A stretch of 64,000 nt of DNA from an uncultured Verrucomicrobiae bacterium (GTDB lineage: Bacteria; Verrucomicrobiota; Verrucomicrobiia; Limisphaerales; Palsa-1400). The notes under the pieces were generated by a model. It ran no database searches. It was not told the origin of the DNA and worked only from the letters and a program-made list of their open reading frames with translations. Position numbers and translations under genes: made by a program. The stretch spans positions 2,912,001-2,976,000 of the forward strand of contig OY969763.1 of NCBI GenBank assembly GCA_963702845.1. The letters are read 5' to 3'. Of this stretch, positions 42,620-52,195 are shown in pieces. Every line of letters starts with the position of its first letter. Positions within the stretch are counted from its first letter, which is position 1.

Positions 42620-45600
42620 ATGAAAAAACTAACTTCCGTTCTCATTGTGGCTGGTGGTTTACTAGCCGGCCTAACCGCTCAGGCGACGCCATACGCGTCG
42701 TGTATCACTAACTCGGGTAACACAGTTTACTTCGACCTCAACGAAGCTGGCGGCAACGTCACCGTTACGTATGAGGACCACAGCACCAATGCCAACTTCA
42801 ACGGTGTAACGACCGGATTAAATCTTCCGGCCGGTTATCAGAGTTTTGATTTGACTGGCCATTCAGGCTACTCCATTTCCGTCTTCAAATCCGGTTCCGG
42901 TGCTCCCACGGTCACAACCACAATCGCGCGAGGTAGTGCACGTGGCCTTGCCGTCAACCAAAACGGAGCATCTAAATACTTCGGATACGTTTATTCCGCG
43001 ATCGGCGGTGCCGGCGTTGTCATGCAGAACGCCGATGGCAGTGGCGTTCTCAATGGAAATGGATTAAATCCGGCTGGGTTCTGGGGCGTTACCAGTTTTA
43101 GTCCAAATAAACTCAGCGTTGCACCCGACGATTACGTTCTTGTCGGCGATTTCTCCGCAGGGTCGGGTGGTGTCATGCGGATTGACCCCACCTTTACAAC
43201 AGGGCAACTGTTGCTGGCGGGTCAAGGCCAACAAATAAACCACGGTTCGGCAGAATCGCGACCACTCTTAACCGGCACGATTGGCACCGATGCAAAACTG
43301 TTCGTAGTGGATGGCAGCTTTGTAACGCCCTACAACCAGATATTTCAATACAACCTTGGCACAGGAAGCTATGATAATGCGCAGTTGCCGTGGTCAAACC
43401 AACCCGACTTGATCGGCACCAACATCAATCCAGCCGGATTGATTGGCTACAATGATGCAGGCGGCTTCGGTTTCTACTCTGGATTGTCCCGCGCCTCCAA
43501 TGGTTACTTCTACGTCACCGTTCAACGCCAGAACCATTCGAATCCGAATATGCAGGTATACGCGCCAGACGGCGCAACGTTGCTCTGGAGTTCGTTTTTC
43601 AAAAGAAACAACACCAACGCCGACTGGCTGCTGGACATTACAACGCAACTCGCTGAAAACCTCAGTGCGCCGTCCGATTCCGCTCTGTCTCCGGATGGTA
43701 GGTACGTTGCTATCGTCCATATTGACAATCACTTCACGATACTGACGATGACTAACGATGTCTTTGGAGGCGGTATTCCCGATATCACGACCGCGTATCT
43801 TTTCGCCGGTCCAGGAACAGCCGGAAATGGGCGAGGTATTGCATGGGATGCCGCCGGTAACCTTTGGATGAGCAGTTCCGGGCTTGGGAGTGTCTATCAG
43901 TATTCTCTCGGCCGTACCGCTACTGCCGTAACGTCTGGTAACATTACTGGTCCGACCAATTTCACGTTGATCTCCCCAACCGAAGCGGACATCACACCGT
44001 CACAATCGGTCGCCGCTCAAAGTAACCCTTACGGATATCCAACAAGCGCCACGAATGTCATCACCCGCACTGGCGACGTCAGCTCACCTGTAATCGTGAA
44101 ATTCACACTGAGCGGGACTGCTCCTGCAGGCTCCTACACCACTAGCGTCACCAACTCAGTCCAATTCCTCGCTGGTCAAACATCCACCAACCTGATTATC
44201 ACTCCGGTCAGCGATGGTGTCCCGCGTCCGACAACGACTGTGATAGTCACTTTGGTGACAAACGGTACGAGTCAATACAACGTCGGTTTCCAGAACCAGG
44301 CGACCACTTTCATCATCAACACCGCGACGCCGCAGTTGGTTGTGACCCCGGGCGGAGCAAAGATGTATAACGCTTACTCGAACGATTACTCGTCGATCAG
44401 CGTTACACGCTGGGGCAATACGAATGTGGCTATTACCTCCGCAGTATTTACTTACGGTGGGGCCGCCGTTAATGGCACCGATTATACTCCTGTGAGCACG
44501 ACGGTCGCGTTCAACGCAGGCGACGTGACAAAGACGGTCAGAATTGCCAAGCCACTGATCAACGGCCAACCCCCTGTGCACACGGCAACTCCGACCTATG
44601 TCGGCGATAAAACCTTCACTGTCGCGATACCATCCGGCACCGGGTATAATACTTACTCGAGCAATAACGCAGCAACGTTGACGATTGTTGACGCCGCTTA
44701 CCCGCCGTCTACCGTACTCTATTCTAACCCGCTGACTGATCCGAACGATGCAGCCAATTGGACCATCACTGCGCTTGCGGGTGATCAGACTGCCTCGCCG
44801 GATAACAACGTAGATTTTGGCTACGACCTGACTTCAAACAACGGGCAATCGGGTGCGAACGGCTTAATTACTCGGCCACCGAACGGTGCCACCGCTGCTT
44901 TAAGGGTCACCGCAAACAAACAATTCGGAGGCCAGGCGAATGCTGTCAATTTGTATCCGAGCGCTACGTTTAGCGGCAATTACGCTGTCCGTTTTAGCAT
45001 GTATATCTCGCAAGCGCAGACAATCGGCAGTTCCGCTGAAGGTCCGTTGTTTGGCATCAACCATGATGGATTGGAAACCAACTGGTGGTATGCAGCAGGC
45101 ACTCTGACAGGTGGTCCATGGACTGCCGACGGCGTGTGGTACTGGGTCGATGCCTGGGCTGGCGGTTATTCCTCTACGCTTGGTGATTACATGGAATTCA
45201 CAGGTATTTCCAATAACATTCCGAATTCCGGTTGGCGCCGTCCCGCAATCTCGACTGCGACGTCGTTCCAAAACATCTTCAAAGACCCTGAAGATTTCAC
45301 AACTGTGAACACCGCGAGCAATGCTGTTGCTGGACTACCGTCAAACGCCAGTCCGTTTGTCAAACCGACCCTCGTCGGAAACTGGGCGGATGTCGAAATC
45401 AATACGTCAAACAACATCGTCACACTCAACATCAACCACAGCCAAATCTTTAGCATGGCGAACACCAATTCGCTCTTCCAGAGCGGTCACCTAATGCTTG
45501 GCTATGAAGTGCCAAACGCTGAAAATGGATCAGTAGACGCTGCCGTTTACTTCTCGGACTTGAAGGTCGTCAGGCTCGCCTCAGCGATCGCCGCGCCCAC

Positions 45601-45817
45601 AATCACCAGCACCGCTGTGAATGGTGCGAGTGTGGTCATCAACTTCACCTCACCGAATGGCAGTGACACGACGTCGTCGTTCACCGTTCGTAATGTGGCA
45701 GTGGTGACTGGCACGTTTACCGATACGCCGGCGACAATCACTGGTGGACCTGGAACATTCCAAGCGACGCTTCCTGTATCTGGATCGACGCAGTTCTACC
45801 GCATCCATCACAACTAA
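42620..45817 (+). CDS. Large secreted protein, paralog 3
   Basis: MKKLTSVL signal peptide; TPYASCI..YFDLNEAGGNVTVTYED; same domain order as paralog 2; ends QFYRIHHN. Confidence 0.88.
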   Translation: MKKLTSVLIVAGGLLAGLTAQATPYASCITNSGNTVYFDLNEAGGNVTVTYEDHSTNANFNGVTTGLNLPAGYQSFDLTGHSGYSISVFKSGSGAPTVTTTIARGSARGLAVNQNGASKYFGYVYSAIGGAGVVMQNADGSGVLNGNGLNPAGFWGVTSFSPNKLSVAPDDYVLVGDFSAGSGGVMRIDPTFTTGQLLLAGQGQQINHGSAESRPLLTGTIGTDAKLFVVDGSFVTPYNQIFQYNLGTGSYDNAQLPWSNQPDLIGTNINPAGLIGYNDAGGFGFYSGLSRASNGYFYVTVQRQNHSNPNMQVYAPDGATLLWSSFFKRNNTNADWLLDITTQLAENLSAPSDSALSPDGRYVAIVHIDNHFTILTMTNDVFGGGIPDITTAYLFAGPGTAGNGRGIAWDAAGNLWMSSSGLGSVYQYSLGRTATAVTSGNITGPTNFTLISPTEADITPSQSVAAQSNPYGYPTSATNVITRTGDVSSPVIVKFTLSGTAPAGSYTTSVTNSVQFLAGQTSTNLIITPVSDGVPRPTTTVIVTLVTNGTSQYNVGFQNQATTFIINTATPQLVVTPGGAKMYNAYSNDYSSISVTRWGNTNVAITSAVFTYGGAAVNGTDYTPVSTTVAFNAGDVTKTVRIAKPLINGQPPVHTATPTYVGDKTFTVAIPSGTGYNTYSSNNAATLTIVDAAYPPSTVLYSNPLTDPNDAANWTITALAGDQTASPDNNVDFGYDLTSNNGQSGANGLITRPPNGATAALRVTANKQFGGQANAVNLYPSATFSGNYAVRFSMYISQAQTIGSSAEGPLFGINHDGLETNWWYAAGTLTGGPWTADGVWYWVDAWAGGYSSTLGDYMEFTGISNNIPNSGWRRPAISTATSFQNIFKDPEDFTTVNTASNAVAGLPSNASPFVKPTLVGNWADVEINTSNNIVTLNINHSQIFSMANTNSLFQSGHLMLGYEVPNAENGSVDAAVYFSDLKVVRLASAIAAPTITSTAVNGASVVINFTSPNGSDTTSSFTVRNVAVVTGTFTDTPATITGGPGTFQATLPVSGSTQFYRIHHN

Positions 45818-45834
45818 ATAGGTTAATCTAAACG

Positions 45835-45865
45835 AGCCGGCAGGTTTATTCCTGCCGGCTTTTTT
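45835..45865 (+). terminator. Rho-independent terminator
   Basis: agccggcagg...cctgccggct followed by a T-tract; copy of 42471-42502. Confidence 0.85.
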
Positions 45866-46069
45866 ATTCCCATCAGGAAGTTACAATTCAACACGACTAT
45901 CCGACCTCTCGGCATCGGATGGACCAGTCTCGTTCAAGCCCTTGACGCGGAAACAAACAACTTCAGTTGATGGGATTGGACGGCGGTGCTTGAAGCGATC
46001 TCTGACGCGGTGAACCAATTGGACGTCGCTGTCGCGAACACCTTCGGCTGGTGATGGTCAACTTGCCAA

Positions 46070-46939
46070 TTACTGCGTCGCAACGCTCGTTCTTTGGAGC
46101 AACCACATGAAGTCATTACGATTGGTTACATACTGCGGCAAATCCGCGGCATCAGGACGAGGTGGAGCGAGCGTGGAAGCGTCGTGCCATTGATGCGTTT
46201 CACAATGGCCATCGGCAAACGCAAGTGCGGACGAGTCGTTGTGATAGGAGGCGGGCAAGTCGGCCCACTCAAATGGATACGTCCATTGCATGAGGAAATA
46301 ACCATCATTGATGCTGTCGGGATGTTCATCGATGAACACAAAAATATTCGCTGGAGCCGGAATCTGCGGGAGTCTGAAAAATTGTTTGTAGCCCACGTTG
46401 TTAACGTTCTGGCCGCTCGCAGTCAATTCCCCGGCGTCGCCGACCATCGCGTTCATTGAATAACTGCGCACCCGTTCCGACCAACCAGCAGATCGTTGGA
46501 CATCACTCAGCGCATGGTCAGACGGACATTTATAGACGCGGGAATTATTGTAACAATATGTGGCCAGGCTGGACTTGAGCATCAACGTGGTATTCGTGTT
46601 ATCAGGCGTTGTTTCCCAATCCATGTTTCCATTGACCCAATTTAACGCATTAAACGGCGCGATCGTCCGGCGATCGGGATCACCGCCAAGATTGTAGGGC
46701 AGGCGGTCACGCTGGTCATGGGCATACAAATGCCACGCAAGAATAAGTTGCCGCACATTGTTTACACACATGATGCCATTGGTCCGAGCTTTGGCGCGTG
46801 CGAGGGTGGGCAAAACAAGAGCTGCCAGAATACCAATAGTGGCAATAACCACCAGCAACTCAATCAACGTGAAGGCGCGCAATCCGCGGAAACGCACGCG
46901 TCGCCGCGCCACTGATGGACTGGTGAAGGAAAAGGCCAT
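46070..46939 (-). CDS. Prepilin-type N-terminal methylation domain protein with H-X9-DG-CTERM
   Basis: RAFTLIELLVVIATIGILAALVLP, CVNNVRQL, YKCPSD, RSYSMN, DEHPDSINDG and YHNDSSALAFADGH. Confidence 0.9.
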   Translation of the reverse strand: MAFSFTSPSVARRRVRFRGLRAFTLIELLVVIATIGILAALVLPTLARAKARTNGIMCVNNVRQLILAWHLYAHDQRDRLPYNLGGDPDRRTIAPFNALNWVNGNMDWETTPDNTNTTLMLKSSLATYCYNNSRVYKCPSDHALSDVQRSAGWSERVRSYSMNAMVGDAGELTASGQNVNNVGYKQFFRLPQIPAPANIFVFIDEHPDSINDGYFLMQWTYPFEWADLPASYHNDSSALAFADGHCETHQWHDASTLAPPRPDAADLPQYVTNRNDFMWLLQRTSVATQ

Positions 46940-47064
46940 AACGACCACACGGTCCCATTAACGAAACATGAGGGTAGTAGACCGTGCGCCGGAATTCAAA
47001 ATGTTTATGCATCAGCTCAAGCTTGAGCGCCGAATCGGTGAAACACTGCTGAACCTGAACAGGG

Positions 47065-47808
47065 CTACGAGCCAGTGAGATACTTGCGTAGCGACTCCGC
47101 GTCACCCGGGCCCGCGAGCAAATATGTGTTATCACCCTGGGACCAGGATACCGTTGCCAGCTTTTTTATCTTCTCCGATTGAGGTGCGGAGGGAGGATCG
47201 GCCAAAGCGTTCTTTTCCATGACGAATAGGAATACCATCTGTTTATTTCCTCGATCGAAACAAGCCATACTCACTGGGTGATTGTGCCAGTGCAGAACAC
47301 CGCCTCCCGTAAGTTTCAATTGTGCCAAACCTTTAGGAACCTCGAAATCCGCTGGCGCACGCCGCGCCTCCATCCAATGGCGCAATTGGCCCATATCTCG
47401 GGTCAAGAGTTCCATTTTATATTCACGCAAAGCAGACCGAACCATCCGCGATTGGAATTCGGTCAACCCAGACTGCATTGCAAAGCCGTAATAAATCAGC
47501 GCCAGCACACCTCCGAGAAGGACAACAAAACACGCCGCCAACTTCAGCCACTCCGCGGTGCCCCACGCGAATCGAGGCCGAACAATTTTGCGTTGCTCGA
47601 GCAATCGCTGCTTTAGTGTTTCTGGAACGGCAATGCTGCGAAATTTCTCACGCAAAGCATGTTCGGTGCGTAGATGCTGTTCGAACCATGCCCGCAACTC
47701 AGGATCTATTCGCGTGAGCGCCAATGCATCGCGCATCGCCGGATCGGTCGATTCCCGATCCGGTGGACGAAACAGTTCCAAAATTCTTTGCGCTTCTGTT
47801 CGTGTCAT
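47065..47808 (-). CDS. Putative anti-sigma factor (single TM, DUF3379-like)
   Basis: Overlaps the sigma-factor stop codon; helical N-terminal domain, one TM segment (LAACFVVLLGGVLALIYY) and a periplasmic domain with VSMACF. Confidence 0.75.
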   Translation of the reverse strand: MTRTEAQRILELFRPPDRESTDPAMRDALALTRIDPELRAWFEQHLRTEHALREKFRSIAVPETLKQRLLEQRKIVRPRFAWGTAEWLKLAACFVVLLGGVLALIYYGFAMQSGLTEFQSRMVRSALREYKMELLTRDMGQLRHWMEARRAPADFEVPKGLAQLKLTGGGVLHWHNHPVSMACFDRGNKQMVFLFVMEKNALADPPSAPQSEKIKKLATVSWSQGDNTYLLAGPGDAESLRKYLTGS

Positions 47809-48332
47809 ACCCTTGCCTCCCCTGCCCGCCCGTCTGAATCTTTCGCAAACAATGTTCTCAACTCACGCAATCCACGGGCGATGCGCGATTTGACAGTTCC
47901 CAGCGGCACTTCCAGCACCTCGGCGATTTCGTTGTAAGAATATTCCTCCAAATAAAACAACGCCACGGGCGCTTGAAATTGAGGGTTCACCTGGCCGAGC
48001 ATTTTCACCACCAAATGTGAATCCAGGCGGCTGACCAACTCCGGTTGCAACACCGGCAGTTCACTTTCAGCACCGCCCAATTCGACATGGACAAAGCGGG
48101 TCTCGCGTCTTTTGTCCTGCAAAAAACGACGGTGCAAGGTTGTAAAAAGCCACGTCTTCACTTTTGATGCATCCTGCAACTGGTGCCCTTTCTCCGCCCA
48201 AACCACGAACGTTTCCTGCACCAGGTCGCAAGCACTGCTTTCCGCATGTGTTAAGCTGTAGGCGAACCGAAACAGCGGGGCGTAATACGCCTCCACTAAT
48301 TCCTCGAACTGCAACTCGCCTTTTTCATGCAC
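47805..48332 (-). CDS. ECF RNA polymerase sigma factor
   Basis: FEELVEAYY.PLFRFAYSL, DLVQETF, KTWLFT and SYNEIAEVLEVPLGTVKSRIARG. The start codon is uncertain. Confidence 0.92.
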   Translation of the reverse strand: MHEKGELQFEELVEAYYAPLFRFAYSLTHAESSACDLVQETFVVWAEKGHQLQDASKVKTWLFTTLHRRFLQDKRRETRFVHVELGGAESELPVLQPELVSRLDSHLVVKMLGQVNPQFQAPVALFYLEEYSYNEIAEVLEVPLGTVKSRIARGLRELRTLFAKDSDGRAGEARV

Positions 48333-48546
48333 ACGCTGAATATATGAGGGTTCTGGACCTTGGATGTTCCCGCCTTTTTTTCGGGAACCAATCCTACGGC
48401 GACGCATCCTACCAATATGCAACGGCTAACAAAGCCTTTTGTGGGGCGCCAAAGCCTAACCGTTGAAACCGGTGTCCCAGTTGTTTTCGCTGTTCGGATT
48501 CGCAAACCGCGACGGCACGCCGGGCGCAAGCTGTTGTTGTATCAGT

Positions 48547-49407
48547 ATGAACTATCTCAATCGTTTGATTTCGGGACTTCTTGGCGTGGCCGCAGTTCTC
48601 CCGGTCTGCGCGGACACCCTCACCGTTTCCGCATCGACTGACACTTGGATTCTCGGCGAGAATCCGGACGCTAACTTCAGCAGCGACGGACACGGCTTGG
48701 GGGCTGGCAGGAACAGCCACGGCTCACCGATGCGTGCGATGTTCAAATTCAATCTGTCGCAAATTCCAGCCAATGCCACAGTGACATCCGTTTCTGTGAC
48801 CGTTACCGAAATCAAAGAAAACTCGCTTAGCAGCACCGACTACGAACTGCATCGCATCCTACAAAGCTGGGTCAACACCGAAACAACGTGGAATAATCGA
48901 ACACCAGGTCTTGATTCAGGCACTGACTACAGCCCAGTGGCCAGCGGCACGATGACTGCCCCATTAAATGCGTTTGGTCCGAACACCTTTGATTCAACAA
49001 CTAGCCTCATTGCCGATGTGCAGGCTTGGATCAACGATCCGACGAGCAACAATGGTTGGTTTTTCAAGGATGCATTCGAATCGGGCCAAAACGGCCGCAG
49101 GTGGGGTTCCACGTTTCTTGCGCAATTTGGCGCCGGGGATGCAGCAAGCCTGTCTGTAACATACACGGCCAGCACACCGCCTCCGCAGCAACCGACGTTG
49201 ACTGACGCGACCGCTGCAGCCGGCCAATTTCAATTTGCATTCACTGCCGAAGCCAATCGGTCTTACACCGTGGAGAGCCGACAGGCATTCGATGGGGCTT
49301 TATGGGCTACGTTGACGACCTTCCCGGCCTCAAGCGCGCCGACAAATTACGTTGTCACAGACCCTGTTTCGCAGGTCACAAAGTTTTACCGTGTAAGCAC
49401 ACCATAG
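48547..49407 (+). CDS. Secreted DNRLRE (CBM96-like) domain protein with C-terminal FYRV domain
   Basis: DTWI..ENPDANF, RAMFKFNLSQIPANATVTS, WNNR, DVQAWINDPTSNNGW; ends VVTDP....KFYRVSTP. Confidence 0.82.
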   Translation: MNYLNRLISGLLGVAAVLPVCADTLTVSASTDTWILGENPDANFSSDGHGLGAGRNSHGSPMRAMFKFNLSQIPANATVTSVSVTVTEIKENSLSSTDYELHRILQSWVNTETTWNNRTPGLDSGTDYSPVASGTMTAPLNAFGPNTFDSTTSLIADVQAWINDPTSNNGWFFKDAFESGQNGRRWGSTFLAQFGAGDAASLSVTYTASTPPPQQPTLTDATAAAGQFQFAFTAEANRSYTVESRQAFDGALWATLTTFPASSAPTNYVVTDPVSQVTKFYRVSTP

Positions 49408-49465
49408 AAGGCAGGAGCATCGCGCTGCAACGCGTGGATGACGCTTGGGCGTTGTCCCCTGCCCT

Positions 49466-50173
49466 TTATGGCGTGTTAATTTTCAGCATGACGCGCTCGA
49501 TCTCGGCGCGTATTCGCTCCCGTTCAGCATCGTCTGCTGTGCGCGGAACGAAGATCGGCTCGGCAAAAGAAATTTTGCAGCCGGCAAACGGCAGCGGAAC
49601 CTGAAATTTATCCCAACTCCGCGCCTTAAAATGTGGACGCCCCTCAAAAGCAAGCGGGACGATGGGACGCCCCGTCAGTTGGGCAAGCGAAACGATTCCT
49701 TTCTGAATTTTGTAGCACGGTCCGCGCGGACCGTCGGGCGTAATGGCAATGTTGTATCCCTTCTCTGAAAGCCATCCCGTCGCCTCCAACAAAGCCTGGG
49801 CGCCACGCCGACTCGACGAGCCGCGAATTGGCTGCATGCCAAAATGCTCAAGAATCGACGCCAGAAAAGCGCCATCCCGACTCGCACTCACGACGGCAGC
49901 CAATCCGGTAGCTGGCCACAGTTTGCGGAACGCGACGTTATTACTCGCCAGCGCCATTGCCAACCGATTGTGCCAAACGCAAAAAATCACCGGCGATGGC
50001 GAAGCCGTTTCATTCGCTTGACGTGCAGCTTCGTCAAAGGGCGACCACCGAATACGCCACGTAGCAATCACAACTCGTGCAAAAGCGCATAGAAGTTCCA
50101 CACCGCAACGCTTGTGGAATGGCAGAACGTGCGGAACCACTACACCCACGGACTTTCTTGCGGGGGCCGACAT
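49466..50173 (-). CDS. Lysophospholipid acyltransferase family protein (DUF374)
   Basis: IFCVWHNR, SASRDG, IRGSSSR, AITPDGPRGP and SWDKFQVPLPF. Confidence 0.9.
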   Translation of the reverse strand: MSAPARKSVGVVVPHVLPFHKRCGVELLCAFARVVIATWRIRWSPFDEAARQANETASPSPVIFCVWHNRLAMALASNNVAFRKLWPATGLAAVVSASRDGAFLASILEHFGMQPIRGSSSRRGAQALLEATGWLSEKGYNIAITPDGPRGPCYKIQKGIVSLAQLTGRPIVPLAFEGRPHFKARSWDKFQVPLPFAGCKISFAEPIFVPRTADDAERERIRAEIERVMLKINTP

Positions 50174-50778
50174 CAGTTTCCCTTTTTCAAACTGGCCCGC
50201 ACCAATTGTTCGACCGTCGCCTGTGGCCCCAACATGGCCAGTGCCGCGCGAACAGTATCGTGAGCGTCGGGTTGCTTGAACCCAAGCGCCATCAATGCCA
50301 GCACGGCGTCATTAATCTTCTGATCATCGGCCGAAAGCGAACGCTCCGCGCTGCCAGCTTCAAATGCAGCCGACTTGCCGATTTTATCTCTCAACTCTAC
50401 GACGATGCGTTCGGCAGTCTTTTTTCCAACACCGTTAATTTGCGAAAGCATTTTGACATCGCCATTCGCAACCGCAGACCGGAGCGTCGTCGTACTCGTG
50501 CCACTAAGAATGTTAAGCGCGATTTTCGGCCCAATTCCGCTGACGGTGTTGATCAACAAGCGGAACAAATCGCGTTCAGCAGCGGTCATAAATCCATAAA
50601 GAATATGTGCGTCGTCGCGAATGGCCAGATGCGTGAGGATTTTTACAGGCTGTCCCGGCTGCGGCAGCTTATCGAACGAAGACAACGGAATCAGCACTTC
50701 ATACCCGACACCGTTAACGTCAATAATGACCTGTGTTGGGAGAGCTTCGGCAAGTTTACCGTGCAGGAACGTAATCAC
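50173..50778 (-). CDS. ruvA: Holliday junction branch migration protein RuvA
   Basis: IDVNGVGYEV, LYGF...ERDLFRLL..VSGIGPK, GVGKKTAERIVVELRDK and ALMALGF. Confidence 0.97.
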   Translation of the reverse strand: MITFLHGKLAEALPTQVIIDVNGVGYEVLIPLSSFDKLPQPGQPVKILTHLAIRDDAHILYGFMTAAERDLFRLLINTVSGIGPKIALNILSGTSTTTLRSAVANGDVKMLSQINGVGKKTAERIVVELRDKIGKSAAFEAGSAERSLSADDQKINDAVLALMALGFKQPDAHDTVRAALAMLGPQATVEQLVRASLKKGN

Positions 50779-51275
50779 TGCGGCGAATCATAGGGAGGTT
50801 GGGGGGCATTGGAAATATTTTCCTCCATGTCCACCAAGCGGTTTTTCCCGACGTTCCTAAAAAAGAGATACAAATAAAAAGGTGCCAGCACGATCCCCAC
50901 GCCGGTCATCAGTGCCAGGCAGAATGTAAATAATACGAATCCGACGATTGTGATAATATTGACACGAAGGCGTTGTGAAATCGCATTTCGCAACACCTCG
51001 CCTTCTGAGAAAACTTGAACGTATGGCAGGAGGTTATTGTAATCTCCAACCGCAGCCCCGTACTTCGGACAAAACCACGCGTTAACATCATGATCCGTAA
51101 GGCATCGATGGCAAATAGGCCTGGCGGTTTCCTCTGAAACGGCAGCTTGAACATCGCTCTCCCAAGGGTCTGGTCGAGGAACCAGTTTACGGAAATGTTG
51201 GAACAGCCGGTAAAGTCCCAATGCGACGACGATCGCGATTCCGGTCGCTACAACTTTTGCATCGGTGGGTGACAT
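50775..51275 (-). CDS. Hypothetical membrane protein with partial zinc-ribbon motif
   Basis: N-terminal TM segment, CHRC...WFCPKYG and two C-terminal TM segments; fills the operon gap between the HIT gene and ruvA. Confidence 0.65.
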   Translation of the reverse strand: MSPTDAKVVATGIAIVVALGLYRLFQHFRKLVPRPDPWESDVQAAVSEETARPICHRCLTDHDVNAWFCPKYGAAVGDYNNLLPYVQVFSEGEVLRNAISQRLRVNIITIVGFVLFTFCLALMTGVGIVLAPFYLYLFFRNVGKNRLVDMEENISNAPQPPYDSPQ

Positions 51276-51282
51276 GACAGTG

Positions 51283-51621
51283 TCAACCCGGCGGCCACGC
51301 CATCGACCTGCCGCCGAGAATGTGCAGGTGCAGATGAGGAACCGATTCTCCAGCATCCGGTCCGTTGTTGATCACAAGCCGAAAACCACTTTGTTCCAAA
51401 CCAGCTTTCTTCGCAATCTCTGCAGCCTTCAGCAGCATGTGTCCAAGGATCTTGTGATCGTCCGGTTGCGCTTCAGCAATGCGGGGAATGCACTTCTTTG
51501 GAATCACCAGGATGTGCGTCGGCGCGCCTGGTTTGACGTCTTTAAATGCCAACACCATCTCGTCTTCATAGACGATGTTCGCCGGGATCTCTTTCGCGAT
51601 AATTTTGTCGAAGATCGTCAT
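51283..51621 (-). CDS. hinT: Histidine triad nucleotide-binding protein
   Basis: TIFDKII, APTHILVIPK and HLHLHILGGR..WPPG. Confidence 0.93.
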   Translation of the reverse strand: MTIFDKIIAKEIPANIVYEDEMVLAFKDVKPGAPTHILVIPKKCIPRIAEAQPDDHKILGHMLLKAAEIAKKAGLEQSGFRLVINNGPDAGESVPHLHLHILGGRSMAWPPG

Positions 51622-51646
51622 AAACTATTCCCCTCGCCCTGACCGT

Positions 51647-52195
51647 TTACAATACAACCAACGCGCACTTGTCGCTCCCAAAATCTGAACTCCAGCAGAT
51701 GCGCATGTAGTCCACAATTTGATCCGACAATTTCTGGCACTTCGCGCTCCAACGTTCCGCGCCGAGCAAAATTTTCACACTGCCGCGCAATCCACGAAAC
51801 GCCACCACTTGAGGCGATTCACTTAACCGCTTCTTCAAGTCTTCACGCAACGTTTGGAAAAAGAACAATTCACAGCCATTGCCGGCAGTCACAATATGCC
51901 GCAGGTCACCTTCAGAAACCGCGGCTGACGGGGCCGGTGCGTCGCTCAACACCTGAAAGCCGAGACCACGCAAAACTTTTTCTAACGCATCGGCAAATTC
52001 CGAAATCGACACATATGTGCGGTGCAATTCCTCTTTGAAATAATGCAAGACCGCGGCGGAAGCGTTGCGGATCAACTCCGGTTCCACATTAGTGGCGGCG
52101 TCGCCCATCAATTCGAGCGTGACCCACTCCGCCGAACACGGGATGTCTTCGCCGGATGAGGTTTGGAAAATCAACGAATCATGTCTGAGGTGCAT
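51647..52195 (-). CDS. Conserved hypothetical protein
   Basis: Protein-like ORF coupled to the nrdR 3' end and co-oriented within the operon. The start codon is uncertain. Confidence 0.65.
   Translation of the reverse strand: MHLRHDSLIFQTSSGEDIPCSAEWVTLELMGDAATNVEPELIRNASAAVLHYFKEELHRTYVSISEFADALEKVLRGLGFQVLSDAPAPSAAVSEGDLRHIVTAGNGCELFFFQTLREDLKKRLSESPQVVAFRGLRGSVKILLGAERWSAKCQKLSDQIVDYMRICWSSDFGSDKCALVVL

Noticed and set aside
42170..45880. Near-identical 3' ends of paralogs 2 and 3 as a DGR TR/VR pair or shufflon
   Set aside because: The differences are not adenine-specific, the copies are direct coding paralogs, and no RT or invertase is nearby.
45881..46060. Protein-like plus-strand reading with internal TGA codons
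   Set aside because: Short, with no start or recognisable family; TGA serves as a normal stop elsewhere in the window.
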